A stretch of 64,000 nt of DNA from an uncultured virus (IMG/VR IMGVR_UViG_3300009431_000005) (lineage: Duplodnaviria; Heunggongvirae; Uroviricota; Caudoviricetes), in the IMG/VR virus record IMGVR_UViG_3300009431_000005; one strand, 5' to 3'. The notes under the pieces are model-generated. The model saw only the letters and a program-made list of their open reading frames with translations, ran no database searches and had not been told where the DNA came from. Below are positions 35,307-45,091 of the stretch, one piece after another; positions within the stretch are counted from its first letter, which is position 1; each line of letters begins with the position of its first letter. A program made the position numbers and the translations under genes.

Positions 35307-35764
35307 TCTCGTGCGCGGGAGAGCTGGGAGGAGATCCGGTCGCGCATCCCCTGCATGGCGGTGAACACGCGCTGGTGCTCCTTCGTCGGGTCGGAGGACG
35401 GGTGGTGGTTCTGCGAGTGCTTGCGGTGCCGTCGGTTGTTGTCGTCGACGGGGGGCGCACCGTAGCGGACCTGATTCCGGAGCGGGCGTGAGGCACTGAA
35501 GCGCACGACGCAGAAAGGCGGCGCGTCCTTCGGGATGCGGCGCACGCGGTTCGGCCGCACGACGCACGGCGAGAAGAGACCGAAGCCGGGGATCGAGACG
35601 CAGCGGCCCTTCGTCAGCTCGTCCGCCGAAGCCTCCAGGAAGTGGGTGAGCCAGATGGTCGCGGTGTACTCATCCACCCCCGTCCGCGCGCATGCACGCT
35701 CGATCGCGTCCTTGAGGGACTGCACCTCCGCCTGCGTCGTCGCGTGGGGAATCTGGATCTGCAT
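35303..35764 (-). CDS. HU/IHF-family DNA-binding protein
   Basis: FLEASADELTKGRCVSIPGFGLF...VVRFSASRPLRNQV. Confidence 0.7.
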   Translation of the reverse strand: MQIQIPHATTQAEVQSLKDAIERACARTGVDEYTATIWLTHFLEASADELTKGRCVSIPGFGLFSPCVVRPNRVRRIPKDAPPFCVVRFSASRPLRNQVRYGAPPVDDNNRRHRKHSQNHHPSSDPTKEHQRVFTAMQGMRDRISSQLSRARE

Positions 35765-35770
35765 CGCGCA

Positions 35771-37567
35771 TCAGCCCTCGGCCAGCTCGACCTCTCGTCC
35801 GTCTCCGGCCTCCCGCAGAGCCTCCAGGTCCTCGTGTAGCTGCTTCACCACGGCGTTGTCCTCGACACCGTCGGAGATCGTGATGCCGTTCGAGACCGGC
35901 GGGAGCAGAGACGGATCGGTCTGCCGGAGTCCCGCAGTCATCGGGTCGGGTTCTGCGCCGTACTCGGCCCAGCTCGCAATGCTGCGCCGGAGCATCGGGG
36001 AGTCGTGGACGCACTTCGCAATCGCAAGCTGCTCGTCCTCGGAGAGCGACACGTACCCGAGCCGCGCCTTGCCGTCGTTGTCGAGGATCGCGTCCCGGGT
36101 CTCCGCGTCCTGCGCCTCGAACCCCACGCCTCCGCCGGTCGCCACCTGATCGGGCGTCTTCTTGATGAGCTTGAGCACGAGGTCCTCGGGGAGCTTCGCG
36201 TAGTTGAGCAGCACGTACGTCGCCCACACGCGCGGGTCGAGCTGCATGTCCTGCGCGAGACGGCTCATCGCCTCGACGATCTGGTACCGGAGCTGGATCA
36301 GCTCCAGCCGCTCGAACTCGTCCAGGTACGAGATCGGCGACATCTGCACCATGTATGCGTTCTCGGCGAGCGTCGGGTCAAACTCGTTCTTCCCTGCGCC
36401 CGGCTTCTGGAGCAGCACGTAGTGAACGTCGCAGAGCTGCCGCAGGCCGAAGATCGCCGCGCGCTGGATGCGCTTGCACGTCCGCGCGAAGCGCACGTCC
36501 TGCTGCATCAGCGTCGCCTTCGCGTTGATGTCGCCCTCGAACCCGAAGTACGCCTTCGGCACCTTGGCCGAGCCGAAGAACTCGTCGCGGAAGTGGTCGA
36601 GGTCGTACACCTCGCCGATCGTCCCCGAACCCGCCAGCAACTCGACGCGCGATTCGCGCCCCTCGATGAGCGGCACGAAGATGTCCTCCAGCGGCGTCAG
36701 CGGGTTGTACTGCTTCTTGTACTCGGGCGTCGCGGGGTCGACCAGCTCGTGCTTGCGGAACCGCTTTCTCCAGCGGTTCACAAAGGCCATCGCCTCGTGC
36801 TCCTCCATATTCCCGACGTTGACCATGATGAGGTTCCGGTCGGGGACGCGGCGTAGGCGGTACATCAGGATCGACTCCTCGGTCAGAGTCATCCGTCGCC
36901 ACGAGCGGAAGAGGCCGTCCAGGAGCGAGGTGCCGTACGTGCTCTCCTCACGCTTGCCGAGCAGCCGGAAGTGGATGAAGTCCCACGGCCACGAGACGTC
37001 ACGCTTGCCCGCGCGGAACTTCGTCTTCTCCTGCTTGAAGCCGACGAGCCGCTGGTACTTGTCCTCCTCGCGCGAGACCGCGAGCGTCGGGGAGAAGCGC
37101 CAGCCCAGCACGCCCTTCTCGGTCGCATAGAGCAGTCGCTGGAAGGCGTCGCCGTACTTGAGCATTCGGCGGACGATGGCAGCGATGCGGTCCTCGACCT
37201 GACAGTTGCGGAAGCACTCCTCGCCCGCGCGCACCATCGCGGCGTTCTTCGACTCGACCCACGCCGACACGCCTCGGTCGTAGTCGCGCTGCGTGCTCTC
37301 CTCCGCGTACACGTCGAGGATCCCGGACACGAGGCCGTACGTGTCCATCTCGTCGTAGATTTCGTACCGACGCCTGCGGTCGGCCGCGAGCGTGAAGAGA
37401 CGCTCGTACGCAGACTCCGCCAACGCTCGTGAGGTCTGATCCTCCGCGTCGAGGTCGTCGAAGTACGTCGCCATCGGCCTGGACTGCCGGTCGTACAGGC
37501 CGAGCAGATTCCAGTACCACGGCGTCCGATGGGGCTGCCCTCTGAGCGGTCGATCGGTTTCAGGCAT
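35771..37567 (-). CDS. portal protein, T4 gp20-like
   Basis: YDEMD...LDVYAEEST, YGTSLLD, LTEESILMYRLRRVPDR, EDIFVP, FFGSAKVPKAY, QDVRFARTCKRIQ. Confidence 0.9.
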   Translation of the reverse strand: MPETDRPLRGQPHRTPWYWNLLGLYDRQSRPMATYFDDLDAEDQTSRALAESAYERLFTLAADRRRRYEIYDEMDTYGLVSGILDVYAEESTQRDYDRGVSAWVESKNAAMVRAGEECFRNCQVEDRIAAIVRRMLKYGDAFQRLLYATEKGVLGWRFSPTLAVSREEDKYQRLVGFKQEKTKFRAGKRDVSWPWDFIHFRLLGKREESTYGTSLLDGLFRSWRRMTLTEESILMYRLRRVPDRNLIMVNVGNMEEHEAMAFVNRWRKRFRKHELVDPATPEYKKQYNPLTPLEDIFVPLIEGRESRVELLAGSGTIGEVYDLDHFRDEFFGSAKVPKAYFGFEGDINAKATLMQQDVRFARTCKRIQRAAIFGLRQLCDVHYVLLQKPGAGKNEFDPTLAENAYMVQMSPISYLDEFERLELIQLRYQIVEAMSRLAQDMQLDPRVWATYVLLNYAKLPEDLVLKLIKKTPDQVATGGGVGFEAQDAETRDAILDNDGKARLGYVSLSEDEQLAIAKCVHDSPMLRRSIASWAEYGAEPDPMTAGLRQTDPSLLPPVSNGITISDGVEDNAVVKQLHEDLEALREAGDGREVELAEG

Positions 37568-37605
37568 GGGAGGTGTCCGCGTTCGTAGTGCTGAGCGTCA
37601 GAGTA

Positions 37606-39717
37606 TCACGGCTGGAGGTTCCTGCGAAGCGCCTCCCACTTCGGCCCCTTGCGGCCGACCCGTCGTGTATCCGATTGTCGCACCTGCGAGGGTGCCACGG
37701 CAACCGTCTCCCGGTCCACAGAGCCGGGTCTCCCATTCTGACCGTTCCTCCGCACGGCGACCATCTCGGCCACGTCCTCCATGTCGAAGTCCGGGAGCGT
37801 CGGCACCGACGCGGCGCGCGGATCGTTCGTGAGATGCCAGACGACTCCGGCCACCGCGTCGCTCACGTCCTTGGACCCATTGCCTCCCTTCGACGAGCGC
37901 GTGGGGTGGTCGACCTTGCGCTTCTTGATGTCCCGCTCCAAGTCGAGGACCTCGTCGATGAACGGCGGGTACTCGTAGTAGGAGATCCGCCGGTCGAACA
38001 TCGCCGAGCGCAGGGAGAGGTACGCCTCGTCGTCCCGGTCGACGGAGAGCTTCCCGGCCTCGATGTTGAAGCGTCGGAGGATCTGGATGGAGTCGGCGGA
38101 CTGGAAGCCGTCGAACGTCACCCGCTCGACGTGAAAGAGTTTGGAGAGGAAGACCACGAAGGCGCGCATCTTCGCCAGCTCCACCTCTTCCCCCGGCGGC
38201 GGCACCACCCGAGCCATCAGGTCGATAATGGCGAAGGGGTTGGAGACCTCGGACTCCGTGCCGTCCGGGTTCACGCGGCGGTTCCGCACCATCCCCGCGA
38301 CGTGCCCCATTGCGAAGCCGAGGGCGTCGCCGGTCAGGCCGATGTCGACGTGGATGAAGCGCGGGCAGTTCGGATTGAGTAGCGGGACCCACTTCGACCG
38401 CCGCGTCCGACACACCTCTCGGACGTCGAAATAGTCGTCGAGGCGGATATCGTCGTCGCACGAGATGGTCAGCGCCTCGCGGTTGAACGGGTGCTGCATC
38501 TTCGGGTGGATGCCGTCGAACACCGACTGCCGATCGCGGACGAGCGGTGAGAGGTTGAAGGTCGCCACGCCCGCGATGTCGCGCAGGGCTTGGTCGATGT
38601 CCTCCGTGAAGGGCTTACGGAACTCGCCCGGCACCTCGACGATCTTCGCGTGCTTCCGGCACCGCTCCCCGTCCTTGAGCAGACGCGATCGGCTGATGCG
38701 GTCGCCCACCTCCACGCGGAACGTCGGGAGCGTAAACTTCTTCTTCGACTTCACCTCCCACAGCGCGTAGTCGGAGATGTGCGTCGAGGCGTTGCCCTTC
38801 ACCTTGCGGAGATGCTCCTCCAGGAAGGAGGTCTGAGCGTTCCGCGAGGAGAGCAGCATCATGATCCCCGGGAGGCTGCCGCCCGGTCGGATGAAGCGAG
38901 ACTGCAAGCGCGTGTACGTCGCGTTGTAGAGGTCGTACGCCTGACCCGTCTGGACACCCGCCTCTCGGTTGTCCTTCACGCGCATGAAGTTGACCTCGTC
39001 CATCAGGAACGAGAACAGGTCGAGTCCGAGAGCGTGCAGCTCCTGCGAACCCGGGATCACCATGAACTTGCGTCCCGTCGATCGCTCGAAGTCGATCTTG
39101 CTGTCGATCTTCGTCGAGCGCGGGAACTCCTGGCGGAAGTACGGGCTGGAGTCGAGGAAACCCCGGAGCTTGTAGTAGCCCGCGTCCGCAACCTGCCGCT
39201 TGGTGATCGAGTACACCCCGAAGACGATCAGCGACCCAGGGAGCAGTCCATAATAGGCCGAGGCGTCGCGCAGACACGAGAGATAGTACAGCTTGTACGC
39301 GAGGCCGACGCAGGCGAGCGTCGTCTTGCCGATGCCGATCGCGCCGGTCATCACCCACTCAAAGACCGACGAGCCCGGGGCGAAGACGTAGTACAGGTCC
39401 TCCTTCCACGCCGGGTGCAGCTCGCTGGCCGCGCGTCCGAGGTAGTAGTCGTCGTGGATGAACTCCTCGATGCCGACCGGCTTCGTGTGGAAGTCCGCCT
39501 CCCACAGCACGTCATGGATCGCGCTCCACCCTTCGTCGTCGACGATCGCCTCCGAGAGCCAGCGGATGACCAGCTCGCGCTCGTACGGAGTCAGCCGGTC
39601 GAAGAGGTTGCGATCCTGATGCAGCACCTCCTCCGCAACGCGCTCGAAGAGTCCGACCTGCTCGGACCCCTGCACACTGGATGGCTTCAGGATCTTACCG
39701 CGCCCGGCCATTGCCAC
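37606..39717 (-). CDS. terL: terminase large subunit
   Basis: TGAIGIGKT Walker A, FLMDEVNF Walker B, nuclease HVDIGLTGD, VTFDGFQS, KVDHP...SKDVSDAVAG; directly upstream of portal. Confidence 0.9.
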   Translation of the reverse strand: MAMAGRGKILKPSSVQGSEQVGLFERVAEEVLHQDRNLFDRLTPYERELVIRWLSEAIVDDEGWSAIHDVLWEADFHTKPVGIEEFIHDDYYLGRAASELHPAWKEDLYYVFAPGSSVFEWVMTGAIGIGKTTLACVGLAYKLYYLSCLRDASAYYGLLPGSLIVFGVYSITKRQVADAGYYKLRGFLDSSPYFRQEFPRSTKIDSKIDFERSTGRKFMVIPGSQELHALGLDLFSFLMDEVNFMRVKDNREAGVQTGQAYDLYNATYTRLQSRFIRPGGSLPGIMMLLSSRNAQTSFLEEHLRKVKGNASTHISDYALWEVKSKKKFTLPTFRVEVGDRISRSRLLKDGERCRKHAKIVEVPGEFRKPFTEDIDQALRDIAGVATFNLSPLVRDRQSVFDGIHPKMQHPFNREALTISCDDDIRLDDYFDVREVCRTRRSKWVPLLNPNCPRFIHVDIGLTGDALGFAMGHVAGMVRNRRVNPDGTESEVSNPFAIIDLMARVVPPPGEEVELAKMRAFVVFLSKLFHVERVTFDGFQSADSIQILRRFNIEAGKLSVDRDDEAYLSLRSAMFDRRISYYEYPPFIDEVLDLERDIKKRKVDHPTRSSKGGNGSKDVSDAVAGVVWHLTNDPRAASVPTLPDFDMEDVAEMVAVRRNGQNGRPGSVDRETVAVAPSQVRQSDTRRVGRKGPKWEALRRNLQP

Positions 39718-40426
39718 CCCCTGAGCGCGTCCGCTTCGTGACCTTCTTCTTGCCTCGCTTCTTCTTCGTGACCTTCTTCTTGCCTCGCTTCTTCTTCGTG
39801 ACCTTCTTCTTGGCCGCCTTCAGGCCCAGACCGACGAGTGCCTTCTCCTTGATGTCCGGTAGCTGCAGGAGAAGTTCCTCGATCGTGTTCCGCACGCGCT
39901 CGCGCGAGAGGGCGCGCTCCTCCTCCGTCGTGTGCTTCGGGTCAGCGCCGAGATCCGGAGCTTCGTCCGCGCTCTCGATGAGCAGGTTGATCTGGAAGTC
40001 GCCGACGTGCTGCTCCGCGTGAACGCGCGTATCCCCGACGCCGAGCGCACCGAGCACCGAGGTCGCCGCGCGGATCTGGTTCGCCGAGGTCTCGGCTTCG
40101 CGGAGGATCGGGTTCCCCCGTGCATCCGTCAGGATCGCCTTAGTCTCGGGATGCCGGTCGAAGACAGGCCCGGCCATCGCGCGAGCGAGGACCGCAGCCG
40201 CACCCTCGGAGAGCTTCGCCAAGTTCCGTGTGGTGACGTAGCGCGTGCGGGCGCTGATGACCTTGGAGTGGCGGAACTCCTCCTCCAAGAGCGCCATCTC
40301 GGCCACGACCTCGGGCCGCGCGATGAACTTCCGCATCGCGGCGGTCGTGTACCCCTCGTCCAAGAGAACGCTGGGTCCCTGCGACCACAGCCGCCGGACA
40401 AGGCCCCTCTCCGGTTCGGTCAGCAT
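39695..40426 (-). CDS. putative terminase small subunit with repetitive basic tail
   Basis: Immediately upstream of and overlapping terL; helical; function by position only. Confidence 0.5.
   Translation of the reverse strand: MLTEPERGLVRRLWSQGPSVLLDEGYTTAAMRKFIARPEVVAEMALLEEEFRHSKVISARTRYVTTRNLAKLSEGAAAVLARAMAGPVFDRHPETKAILTDARGNPILREAETSANQIRAATSVLGALGVGDTRVHAEQHVGDFQINLLIESADEAPDLGADPKHTTEEERALSRERVRNTIEELLLQLPDIKEKALVGLGLKAAKKKVTKKKRGKKKVTKKKRGKKKVTKRTRSGGGNGRAR
39734..39812. repeat. 30-bp tandem repeat x2.6 encoding KKKVTKKKRG
   Basis: cttcgtgaccttcttcttgcctcgcttctt repeated exactly. Confidence 0.9.
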
Positions 40427-40758
40427 GCGGACCCCCCTGCCGTTGGCAGGCTGCCACTGTCCAACCGCTTGAGCCGCATCAGCTCCGGCTGCACGTCTCG
40501 CATGGCCCGTGCGTACCCCGCGTCCCCCGCCTGCTGAACCTCACGCTGGGCTTGAGCGTGCAGCGCCTGCGCGTCCTGAAGCGCCCCCTGCAGCCGCGCG
40601 ATCTCCAAGTCCTTCGCGTCCGGGTCCGGGACGCGGTACGTGCGTAGCAGTTCGATCAGTTGCGTCGGGTCGATACCGACGCGCTTCCACCCCTGCCCGA
40701 CGGCCTGCGCCGCTCGCTGCTGAAGTTCCCGACGGACCAACGGGTGCAGCACGGTCAC
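40420..40758 (-). CDS. coiled-coil hypothetical protein
   Basis: GGAGG SD, GTGA coupling with HU gene. Confidence 0.55.
   Translation of the reverse strand: MTVLHPLVRRELQQRAAQAVGQGWKRVGIDPTQLIELLRTYRVPDPDAKDLEIARLQGALQDAQALHAQAQREVQQAGDAGYARAMRDVQPELMRLKRLDSGSLPTAGGSAC
40441..40459. repeat. dispersed palindrome, copy 4 of 5
   Basis: CGTTGGCAGGCTGCCACTG. Confidence 0.85.
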
Positions 40759-41111
40759 AGCTCGCCCTCCAGGGTTGGGGAGATTCGGAATCGGACGCGC
40801 GGCCGATCCGCCGTCTGAATCGGCTCCCGCGTCGTCGGGTGGTAGTACCTCCGACCGCGCGCCTGATACGGCGAGAGCGTCCCCACGTTGTGGAGAGAGA
40901 CCTCGCGGCCTTCCGACAGCGCCTCTCGAACCGCGTCGAGAGCCGTCTGCCAGACCGCGTGAGCTTCTCGAACGGTCAGCCCGCACTCTTCCGCGAGCGC
41001 CTGCTGGATCTGCGCGCTCGTGAGTTTCGTCGGGCGTCCGTTAGACCGAGAGCCGTTCGCAGAGCCGTCACCTTCCGTGGCGGCACCTGAACGAGATCGT
41101 CTAGGAGGCAT
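40755..41111 (-). CDS. HU/IHF-family DNA-binding protein
   Basis: ALAEECGLT...VREALSEGREVSLHNVGTL...RRYYHPTTREPI...VRFRISPTL; start uncertain. Confidence 0.8.
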   Translation of the reverse strand: MPPRRSRSGAATEGDGSANGSRSNGRPTKLTSAQIQQALAEECGLTVREAHAVWQTALDAVREALSEGREVSLHNVGTLSPYQARGRRYYHPTTREPIQTADRPRVRFRISPTLEGEL

Positions 41112-41578
41112 AAAGTCAGCTCCTCGCCATCAGGACGCGCAACCTGTAGCACCGGAGCTTCGTGGGGTCGGATGTCCAAGTGGTCTGCCGCCCGACGGGA
41201 GAGCAGGGCATAGTCCTTCCGTCGGTTACGAGTGAAGAGGAGCAGGGGTACGTGCCGCGTCTTCTTGGCCTGGGCCTTCGCCTGCCGCCACCAAGCCCAC
41301 ACCGGCCAGTTCGGGGCTTCCAGGATCGAATCCATCTGCCCCTTCTCCTGCTTCTTGCACTCCACGCTGAACGGGAACTCGGGCCGCAGGTCCGGGCGGT
41401 GCAGGATGTCACCTGCGCCTTCCCAGTGCCCCTCAACGGGTTGGATGGCCGTCGACCGCATTCGGAATGGCAAGTCGTCGGCCCGCAGCCCGTCGGGAGT
41501 GTCGCACCACCACGCAGACAGCACGCGGCAGATGCTCACCATGTAGCGGTTGCCCTTGATCCGCTCTCCAGCGCCCAT
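40976..41578 (-). CDS. PD-(D/E)xK nuclease, putative Holliday junction resolvase
   Basis: KGNRY, AGDIL...FPFSVECK, WWRQAKAQA...PLLLFTRNR. Confidence 0.7.
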   Translation of the reverse strand: MGAGERIKGNRYMVSICRVLSAWWCDTPDGLRADDLPFRMRSTAIQPVEGHWEGAGDILHRPDLRPEFPFSVECKKQEKGQMDSILEAPNWPVWAWWRQAKAQAKKTRHVPLLLFTRNRRKDYALLSRRAADHLDIRPHEAPVLQVARPDGEELTLCLLDDLVQVPPRKVTALRTALGLTDARRNSRARRSSRRSRKSAG

Positions 41579-41590
41579 GCCGCCAGGGAA

Positions 41591-43948
41591 TCACCCTTCG
41601 GTCTTCGGCGCTAGTTTCTTCTTGAGTTTTTTCTTCAGGCCGGACGGGGACTTTTGCGGCACGAGGGTCGCGCGGAACTCTTCGAGGTGCCTCACAGTGA
41701 CCGTGCGGTCCACCGCAGACTTCAGCCAAGGGCTGTGCGTCACGAGAGTTACGGGGCATTCCGCTGCGATCTCCTGCAGGAGCGAGACCACGGATTCGCA
41801 CCCCGCCTTGTCGAGTCCGTCGAACAGCTCGTCCGCCATGAATTGCCTGAAGGACTTTGCGGAGCGTTGCCCCACGATCTCCCGGAAGGCCAGTAGCAGC
41901 GCGAGGTCGAGGCGTCGCTTCTGCCCCTTCGACGCGCCCGCGTACGAGGAGCAGCACCCGGGAATCCCACCCTCGACGGTCAGCTTCTCGCGCGTCACGT
42001 CCTTGGACTTCAGCTTCGTCGTCGCCTGCAGGCGAACCTTCGCACCCGCACCAAGCAGGACCTGCGCATACGCAGTCGCCCGCTTGTTGATCGCGGGGAT
42101 CTCCGCTTCGATCAGGAAGGACTTGAGCCCTGCGTGGCCGAAGCCCTCAACCCAAAACTCCAGACGGGCCGCTCCGTCCTTCAGCACGCCCAGCTTCTCG
42201 TCGGCCTTCTCGATCGCGGCCTCCTTCTCCTCGACCTGCGCGTCGATCGTCCCCTGCTGCTGTTGGAACACGGCCCAGCGATCGTCCGCCGTCTTCGCCT
42301 CCGCCTTCGCCGTGGCGAGCTTCACCTCCAATGCCTGTAGCGCGGCCTGCTCCGCCTCCACGTCGGCCTCCGCCAGCGCCACCGCCGGGGACTGCGGCTC
42401 CAACGGCTGCTCCAGGTCGTCCCGTTGACTTTCGAGCTTCTCCGCCGACCCCAGCGCCTCGTCCCGCGAAGACTCATGCTGGTCGATCTCCGCCCCGAGT
42501 ACGCCGCGCGCCTTGTGCTTCAGCTCGTCAGTCACGGGCTGGGTGCAGGTGGGGCACTCGCCCTCCAAACCCTCCAACGCCGTCAGCCGCTTCTTGAGCT
42601 GCTGCGCGTTCGCGTTCGTCGCCACGGCGTGCTGCTTCGCCGCCTGCGCCTCCGAGTCCAGCGAGGCGAACAGCTCCTCGTACTCCACGAGCAGCGCCTC
42701 GAACGCTTCCTGGTCCGCCTGCGCGTTCGCCTGCGCCACGAGCAGGTCGTCCTCAGCCTTCCCCACGCGGCCCTTGCGCGTCGCCACGGCAGCCGACAGC
42801 CGCTTGTATCGTAGCGCAGTCACGTCCCGCTCCAGCTCCAACGCCTCCGGGTCGCTGCCCGCCTGCAGGACCTGCCAGTCGTGCTGAATCTGCTCCAGTG
42901 CGGTCTGCGCCTTGCCGCGCGTCACCTCCAGCTCGCCGATCTCCTTGAGGAAGATCCCAAGGCGTACCTTCGCAACCGACTGCGCCTGCGCGTACAGCTC
43001 CAGCCCGAGGATGCGCTCAAGGATCTGCTTCCGCTCCGCGTCCGGCGCAGCGAAGAACGATCGGATGTCCTCACGGGCACCGAAGGCCACCGAGTTGCAG
43101 AAGGTGTGGAAGTCGATCCCGAGCATCGTCTCGACCGCCTGCTGCGTCTCCGCGTCGGTGCCGCGCGTCACGTCCTCGGTGCCGACCTGCAGATAGAGGT
43201 GGTTCTTGTGCTGCGGGTGCCGCCGGTAGCGGGTGACGGTGATCGGCTCGGGGCCGCCGTCGATGCAGACGCGGACGAAGGTGCCGCTCTTGGAGCCGAT
43301 GCGCACCACGTCGTCGCCCTTGAAGTCCGAGCGGATGCCTCGTCCGAACAGGCACCACGAGACGCCGTCGTACAGCATCGACTTCCCCGAGCCGTTCGAG
43401 TTGCTGCCGGGCTTCCAGACGATCACGCCGTCGATGCCCGTCAAGCCCGACAGGGAGAAGTCGAATTCCTCCGTGTCGAACGGCCCGAAGTTCCGGTACA
43501 GCACCTTCCCGATCCGCAAGCTGGGCAGCTCCGCCTTCTTCTTCACAGGCCCCTCATCTTCGAAGTTGTGGGTGTGCCCCAACGCCTCCGGTTCGAACAC
43601 GTCCGCGAGATTCAGTAGCCCATCCCGCAGCCAATCCAGGCCGGGGATCTCCACCGACAGGTTGATGCTGATGGAGTCCCCGGGGGAGAGGTACGCGGCA
43701 GACGAAGTGAACGACCCCCACGGCGTCTCCGTGACGACGTTCCCCTTCGGGGTGAGAATCCGAACCACCGTCGGCGATCCCGTCGAGTCGACTTCGAGAA
43801 TGCCGTGCAGTTCGAGGGAGTTTGAGACCTTGCCCTGCGTCCCGACCAAGGTCCCCGGAATCACACCCTCTGCGAGAATGCACTCCGACCCGTCGAGGAC
43901 CTGGACGATCGCCCCGGGTCCCTTGGGTTCTTTCCCGACGAGGGCCAC
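41591..43948 (-). CDS. sbcC: SbcC/Rad50/gp46-like ATPase
   Basis: RNFGPF, NGSGKS, CPTC hook, ASKGQKRR signature, FMADELFDGLD, LVTHS; true start may be near 43546. Confidence 0.9.
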   Translation of the reverse strand: MALVGKEPKGPGAIVQVLDGSECILAEGVIPGTLVGTQGKVSNSLELHGILEVDSTGSPTVVRILTPKGNVVTETPWGSFTSSAAYLSPGDSISINLSVEIPGLDWLRDGLLNLADVFEPEALGHTHNFEDEGPVKKKAELPSLRIGKVLYRNFGPFDTEEFDFSLSGLTGIDGVIVWKPGSNSNGSGKSMLYDGVSWCLFGRGIRSDFKGDDVVRIGSKSGTFVRVCIDGGPEPITVTRYRRHPQHKNHLYLQVGTEDVTRGTDAETQQAVETMLGIDFHTFCNSVAFGAREDIRSFFAAPDAERKQILERILGLELYAQAQSVAKVRLGIFLKEIGELEVTRGKAQTALEQIQHDWQVLQAGSDPEALELERDVTALRYKRLSAAVATRKGRVGKAEDDLLVAQANAQADQEAFEALLVEYEELFASLDSEAQAAKQHAVATNANAQQLKKRLTALEGLEGECPTCTQPVTDELKHKARGVLGAEIDQHESSRDEALGSAEKLESQRDDLEQPLEPQSPAVALAEADVEAEQAALQALEVKLATAKAEAKTADDRWAVFQQQQGTIDAQVEEKEAAIEKADEKLGVLKDGAARLEFWVEGFGHAGLKSFLIEAEIPAINKRATAYAQVLLGAGAKVRLQATTKLKSKDVTREKLTVEGGIPGCCSSYAGASKGQKRRLDLALLLAFREIVGQRSAKSFRQFMADELFDGLDKAGCESVVSLLQEIAAECPVTLVTHSPWLKSAVDRTVTVRHLEEFRATLVPQKSPSGLKKKLKKKLAPKTEG

Positions 43949-44407
43949 TTACCGCGCGGCAGGAAGGGCCTTGCCGAAGACCTCGCGCTCCCACTTCCGC
44001 CTTTCGACGATGCAGAGGCGCAGAGCCTCCTGGTAGCCGTACACGGCGATCGAGCGCGTCAGCGTGCGCCTCACGCCGCTCGCGTTGATCCGCGCCTGGA
44101 AGGCCGGAGAGTTCGTCTCGCCGCCCGGCAAGTACCCGATCCCGGTCGGCAACCCCCGGGAGGACTTGTCGCTGCGCGGCTGCACGTAGACCTTGCCCGC
44201 GTACGTCGCGGGCGGGAGGCCCAGCTCCCGGCGCGTCCTGTTGATCCAACGGATCGCCGCCTTCTTGGCTTTCGCCATCCCACCGTGCGTCGCCGCACCG
44301 TGCCACTTCGAGAAGTTCGTCCCGAACGCGCACACTCGTCCGAGATACCCGCGATGCCGACATCGCTGGCTCGGGAAGTGCGTGTCCACTCTTGAAAGGC
44401 CCTTCAT
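43949..44407 (-). CDS. AP2-like DNA-binding protein
   Basis: HGGMAKAKKAAIRW and TGIGY...FQARIN...SIAVYGYQEALRLCIVERR. Confidence 0.55.
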   Translation of the reverse strand: MKGLSRVDTHFPSQRCRHRGYLGRVCAFGTNFSKWHGAATHGGMAKAKKAAIRWINRTRRELGLPPATYAGKVYVQPRSDKSSRGLPTGIGYLPGGETNSPAFQARINASGVRRTLTRSIAVYGYQEALRLCIVERRKWEREVFGKALPAAR

Positions 44408-44686
44408 GCCAGCACCCCCATCAAAGCGGCTCCGAGAGCCAAGCCCGTGAGAGCGCAGACAGAGGCGACCACCCACCACGGCAATCGGCGGCGGGGAACC
44501 TCGCCCGCGATCCGCGCCGCCATCTCCGGCGAGGCGTAGCGCAGGCTGTCCAGTGTCTGCGGTTTCATAGTTTCGCTTTCCTCATGGCGTCAAGCCGAGT
44601 CGGACGGGAACGCGGCCGACGCCCTACCGCGATCCCCACAATGAAAGCCACGAGGCAAAGCCACGCGACCTCGATCCAATGGAAGG

Positions 44687-45091
44687 TCAGCTCCTCGCAC
44701 CCCATACGTCGACCTTGTGACGTTCGAGCGAGTCGATCAACTGGTCGACGGCCCGGCGGCTCTTCATCCGCAGGCCGACGGTGGGCACCTCGTCGATGAT
44801 GAGCATGAGGACCACGGCCTCGGGAGGCGTGCGGTCCGGCACCGGGTCCGACGACCATGAGAGCACGTCGTAGCCGACCAGCGCCATGTCGGGCAGCGGC
44901 GGCATCACTCCCGAGCCGTGCGGTTCCGGGAGAGGTCTGCGCTTCCCGCACGGGAGCCCGCCGATGAACTCCGCCGCGTCCTGCGTCGCCTCGTCGTACC
45001 CGTGCCGTTCGCGCAGCACCTTGATGATCGCGGCCAGCTTGTTCCCCAACCGCTCCGCGACCGCGCTGTCAGGTTCTCTCGTCTCACTCAT
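44687..45091 (-). CDS. hypothetical protein
   Basis: ORF overlapping the end of sbcD; genome-typical codon use. Confidence 0.55.
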   Translation of the reverse strand: MSETREPDSAVAERLGNKLAAIIKVLRERHGYDEATQDAAEFIGGLPCGKRRPLPEPHGSGVMPPLPDMALVGYDVLSWSSDPVPDRTPPEAVVLMLIIDEVPTVGLRMKSRRAVDQLIDSLERHKVDVWGARS

